Shown here one piece after another: positions 32,392 to 36,410 of a DNA stretch of 36,410 bases. The stretch is from Catajapyx aquilonaris (Eukaryota). Every line of letters begins with the position of its first letter. The first letter of the stretch is position 1. The stretch is taken from assembly GCA_000934665.2 (NCBI GenBank), contig JYFJ02003920.1, forward strand, positions 1-36,410, written 5' to 3'. The notes beneath the pieces were generated by a model, which was given only the letters and a program-made list of their open reading frames with translations, was not told the DNA's origin and did not search any database. The position numbers and the translations under genes are program-made.

Positions 32392-34766
32392 TTAACCTGA
32401 GATTTCATACATTACAATGTGTTTATACTAAATGCAAGCCATGCTGCTGGTACAATGCAACTGACTTGCGAGATTATTCTTTGAGGATTACACATGTTTT
32501 GTGTAATATGGCATGGCAACATAATGTGGACTAGGATGCCATCTTGCAGTTACTTCACCCCTATTGGTGTCAACATCGTGGCTGTTATTCTTACAATTAG
32601 GCACAATGCTTCAAAGCATTGTCAAAAGGGAAGCAACGATGGTTTTTAAAAACCCACTCCCAAACAAACCACAATGATCCAACCACCTTGGTTTTTCTAT
32701 GGTGTCTACTGACACGATAAAAGCATGATGTGACATCCACCATTTGACACTATTTGCATCGGTTAAAAAATATGCATGGAAGTCCCAGATAATACAATGA
32801 GTATTCACTAATGCCATACGGTTATTCATTTCAGGAAATTAGATATGCGCTGTTCAAAACTTACACGGTCAATTTAACCAAATACACTATACCACACCTC
32901 AAAAAAATAATATCTCTATCTTAAATGACTCTAGACACAAGCTGAAAGAGTAAAAAATGGATACAAAACAAGCTCCAAATATTGCTATGAGAAAATAGCC
33001 CTTGACATTCCAGTACAGTACTACACTCCAATTTTTAAATGTTCAGACTGACATCACATATGTTTCCATTTTTACTGCATCTTGTTGAGCAATGGCAACT
33101 GTGGATGTCACCATGCAAAAATCACTACCAGGCAATTTAAATTTACATTTCTAATCAAGTAAGAAAATTGTCAAAAACCTCCACGGATGGAACTGAGATC
33201 AGAACTCACCACGGACCGGAGGCATGTCCAAGAGGACACCCTACACAAACAAGCACTTTTCACCGTAGAATTTGAGTTATCTGAACACATTGTGACCTAT
33301 AAATCACATCCAGCCATTAAAAACACATGCAATGCAACTAAAATTAATGACGAAATCTCCTAGTTGTTCAGCTTGTAACTTCAGCCTTGGCAGTTGGTCT
33401 CTTGAACACTTCCCATGGTGCAGATAATCCTAATATCCAGTCAGCAATGAAGTGTGGCCCATAACATCAGTACGGAAAGAAAAGTTTATCAACAGGACTG
33501 CCAGCTACTTCCTCCTACTCTACCCAATTACTTGAGCCTTTGTCATCCCTAATTGAGGATGCCTTGAACTACTTGCCCAAACTCAGAATAATTCGGCCAC
33601 CTTAAATCATGGCTGCTCGATTTGTGGAGAGGGGCCTCACGCGCATAAAACAACACCCAGGGTGCCGGAAAGGTGCCACCCAAAAGGGTGCGTCCTGGCC
33701 CACAATTAAACTAAATATGGAACCACTAGGATAATTACCGTAATATATACAAGGTATTTTAAGTGCATCACAAGGTGCAGAATAATTCGGCCATAGCACT
33801 CGCTGTGCCATAATGAATCGGCCAAGTGATGGGATCCCACTGTAGTGGAGAAAATTGTAAGGAATATGGAAATTTGCCATTGGCATTCTCACAATGCATC
33901 ATATGGACATCTTGTCAGTCGCAGACATGGTACGTGGAAGAACACAGTCACTTGGGTGGTGAAATATTGAAGGTTCATGAAGATGTCAAATCCATGTGAA
34001 CCATGGCAAGACAACATTGGACCAATGTGACCAGCAAATGCAAGTCGGTATCAACATGTGGACAGTGGCTACATATGGACAGATATGGCTTTCTATCAGC
34101 GAAATAAGGGTGTAGGTTGAAAAAAAAAAAAACGGCAAAGTTACAGTTCCATTATTCAATTGCACCGTTATTGTTGGGAAACACACATCCTCTCTGGATG
34201 GCTGTTCAAAAGAATAAAAAACCAGCATAGGCGAAGGAGAGAAGGAAATGGAGGAAAGCACTCTGGTCAAAGGTCATTTTTAGTCATGAGTCCACATTAG
34301 AGGTCAGCTCTGGTGGCAACCGGCGGTAGATTCGGTGCACCATGTGAGATATGTGTCTTTCTCTACAATAACAGCGCAATTGTTATGGACTTGTAACTTT
34401 GTCGCAAATTTTTTTCTACGTACACCATTACATGCCTGATAGAATTCATGTCCCTGCATATGTAGCCACTGTCCACACGTTAATACGTACTGTTGTTTGC
34501 CCGTCACAGTGAATGTTGCCTTGCCATGATGCGCGTGGATTTGTCATCTTCGCGAACCTTCAAGATTACACCATCTAAGTGTTCTTCCAAGTACCATGTT
34601 TGCAACTGACAAGTTGTCCATGTGATACATGATTTGATTACAATGCCAATGGCAAATTTCTATATGCCTTACAATTTTCCCTACTACAGTGGGGTCACAT
34701 CACCTGGCCAATTTATTTAGGCACAGCCAGTGCTATGGCCGAATTATGCACCTTGTGAATCACTTA

Positions 34767-35881
34767 GGGGGCGTCCACATATTACGTAATGGTATTTTTG
34801 GCCATTTTTGACCACCTCCCCCCCCCCCTCTGTAACGGATCGTAANCCCCCCCTCCCCACTCCCGTTACGTAACGCCCGCTGTTTTTAAAATTTCGTGCT
34901 TCGGAACGAGCCCCACATGTTTCATGTATATAAAACCAAGGTAATAATTTTAAGAATATGTTTACTGTAAAACTCCTGCACTTGTGAAAGAAAAGAACAC
35001 TTTTGTACCGATACTAAAATTTAATATAGACAGAAATGGTCTGCATTTCAGAAGATTTGTTTCAAAAGGGGAAGCCGAGGCGACTCAGGCTATGAGGCTC
35101 TTGGGAGGGTGGGTGGAGGGCGAAAGAAAGGGGGAGGGGAAGATAGTGCTTGGAGTGTGGGAGGAAATTTATAACGGGAGAACCCCGATGTAAAACCCAC
35201 ACAAGCGTGGAGAGAACTCCATCGAAACTTAACCCATATGGGAAATCCTTGGCCCAATCCGGGGATCGATCCTGGGACCCCAGAGGTGGGAGGAGGCGGA
35301 CTTTATAATATTAAACCACTACGCCACCGCGTCGCCCGTATTTCAGAAGAAAAACGAAAAAATAATTAACGAACTACGTTTTAACTACGTACAGGTGCGT
35401 ATTTTTAAAAGACAAGTTATATTTGAATAAAACAGATTGTTGGACACTATTATAAAAAAAAGAAATCTTAATTTATAACATTATGAATCTTCTGCAGACA
35501 CTACTACATCATAACTGTCGAAGTTTTCAGATTATCGTGGATTTCTATGACTTTGAGACCCTGGAACAATTGTCATGCAATAGGTATGGAATCAACAAGT
35601 AGTACAACATGTGACTCACATAAATACCTTGCATAAAAATAGTGAGGTTGTCAAGTTCCTACAAAAAGTCTAATAAATAGCTTTTTTCGCACTTTTTTTA
35701 CCGATTCGGACCACTGCGAGGCGTCACTCAGTGGGTAGCGGATGATGCAGCCACGCGGGCCACGCGGGCCACGCTGAGTCGCACTCGGAATATTTATACA
35801 GTGCGTTCAAATGCGTTACGTAACGGCTACCCAAACCCCCCNCCCCCCCTAAATCCCGTTACGTAATATGTGGAAGCCCCC
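34767..35881. mobile_element. PIF/Harbinger-type MITE
   Basis: TIRs GGGGGCGTCCACATATTACGTAA / TTACGTAATATGTGGAAGCCCCC; 3-bp TTA TSD at 34764-34766 and 35882-35884. Confidence 0.85.
35056..35337 (-). mobile_element. Second V-domain-like tRNA-SINE, nested in the PIF MITE
   Basis: Minus strand reads GGGCGACGCGGTGGCGTAGTGGTT...GGATCGATCCC...AAGTTTCGATGGAGTTCTCTCCACGCTTGTGTGGGTTTT; TSD GCATTTCAGAAGA (35043-35055) / GTATTTCAGAAGA (35338-35350). Confidence 0.85.
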
Positions 35882-35884
35882 TTA

Positions 35885-36088
35885 CAGGAAGGGTCCATGC
35901 AGGGTACCAGGATCTCTGTGGGAGGCGCCAGCTGTATGAGTACCGTATCAAATACAGTAGCTGTTTCGACTTTCACATGACGGCATTTGCTTACGCGGCT
36001 TCAGATTCAAAAACTGACCACATTTTTGGAATCAGGGAGTCTTTTTTGATCTTTGAAGCCCAACATGCAAAATGACTGAACCCTTCCT
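35885..36088. mobile_element. ~200-bp MITE with TTA flanks, inserted at the same site as the PIF MITE
   Basis: Short TIRs AGGAAGGGTCCA / TGAACCCTTCCT; TTA at 35882-35884 and 36089-36091. Removing both inserts restores CACTTAAAATA, the exact complement of the left foldback arm. Confidence 0.7.
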
Positions 36089-36410
36089 TTAAAATATTTC
36101 GTATAAATTACGGTAATTATCCGAGTGGTTCCATATTTAGTTTAATTGTGGGCCAGAGCGCACCCTTTTCCTTTCCGGCACCCTGGGTATCGTTTTATGA
36201 GGGTGAGATGCCTCTCTGCAAATTCAGAAGCGAAGATTTCAAGGTGGCCGAATAATTCTGAGTTCGGACAAGTACTTTACACAAGGTTGGATGTACAGTG
36301 CTGGACACAATATCATATAACAAGTGTAAACAACGACTTTGGCGTTACCTGGCAACTGGTCGTGTTCGGACATCGTCATGTGGAGAGTGCTTAGCGTTCT
36401 TTCTGTCGTT

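Larger units (their letters stand above)
33572..36272. mobile_element. Large foldback element with ~610-bp inverted arms and TA flanks; right arm split by younger insertions
   Basis: 33572-~34185 is reverse-complementary to ~34352-34766 joined to 36092-36272. Termini CTTGCCCAAACTCAGAATAATTCGGCCACCTT / AAGGTGGCCGAATAATTCTGAGTTCGGACAAG; TA at 33570-33571 and 36273-36274. Confidence 0.85.

Noticed and set aside
30800..33570. Possible long 3' UTR of a minus-strand gene beyond the window (AATAAA complement near 30816)
   Set aside because: No coding exon is visible in the window, and AT-rich composition plus one hexamer is insufficient.

Overview
Eukaryotic, intron-rich DNA with mostly 50-110 nt GT-AG introns. 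It is most likely an arthropod, inferred from a divergent ionotropic receptor and a Sep4-type septin. I assembled six protein-coding genes by hand from splice sites, and all give phase-consistent models: (1) an unidentified ~993-aa protein with a long ER/K octapeptide repeat (-, 3686-9270); (2) a gamma-glutamyltranspeptidase with two paralogous terminal exons (+, 11176-13644/14252); (3) a Sep4/SEPT5-like septin (-, 15320-17198, with a probable distal first exon at ~19.7-20.3 kb); (4) an intronless divergent ionotropic receptor (+, 17932-19623), apparently nested in that septin intron; (5) a testin-like PET-LIM protein (+, 21512-24367); (6) Integrator subunit 2 (-, 25672-30370). Both flanks (1-9 kb and 31-36 kb) are dense with nested MITEs, foldback elements, transposase relics and V-domain tRNA-SINEs. 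The most striking observation is that the testin carries two FPPPP-type EVH1-ligand motifs and what looks like a complete CBP/p300-type KIX domain between PET and LIM1, an architecture I do not know from canonical testin/prickle proteins. All family calls rest on recalled motifs; no database search was run.
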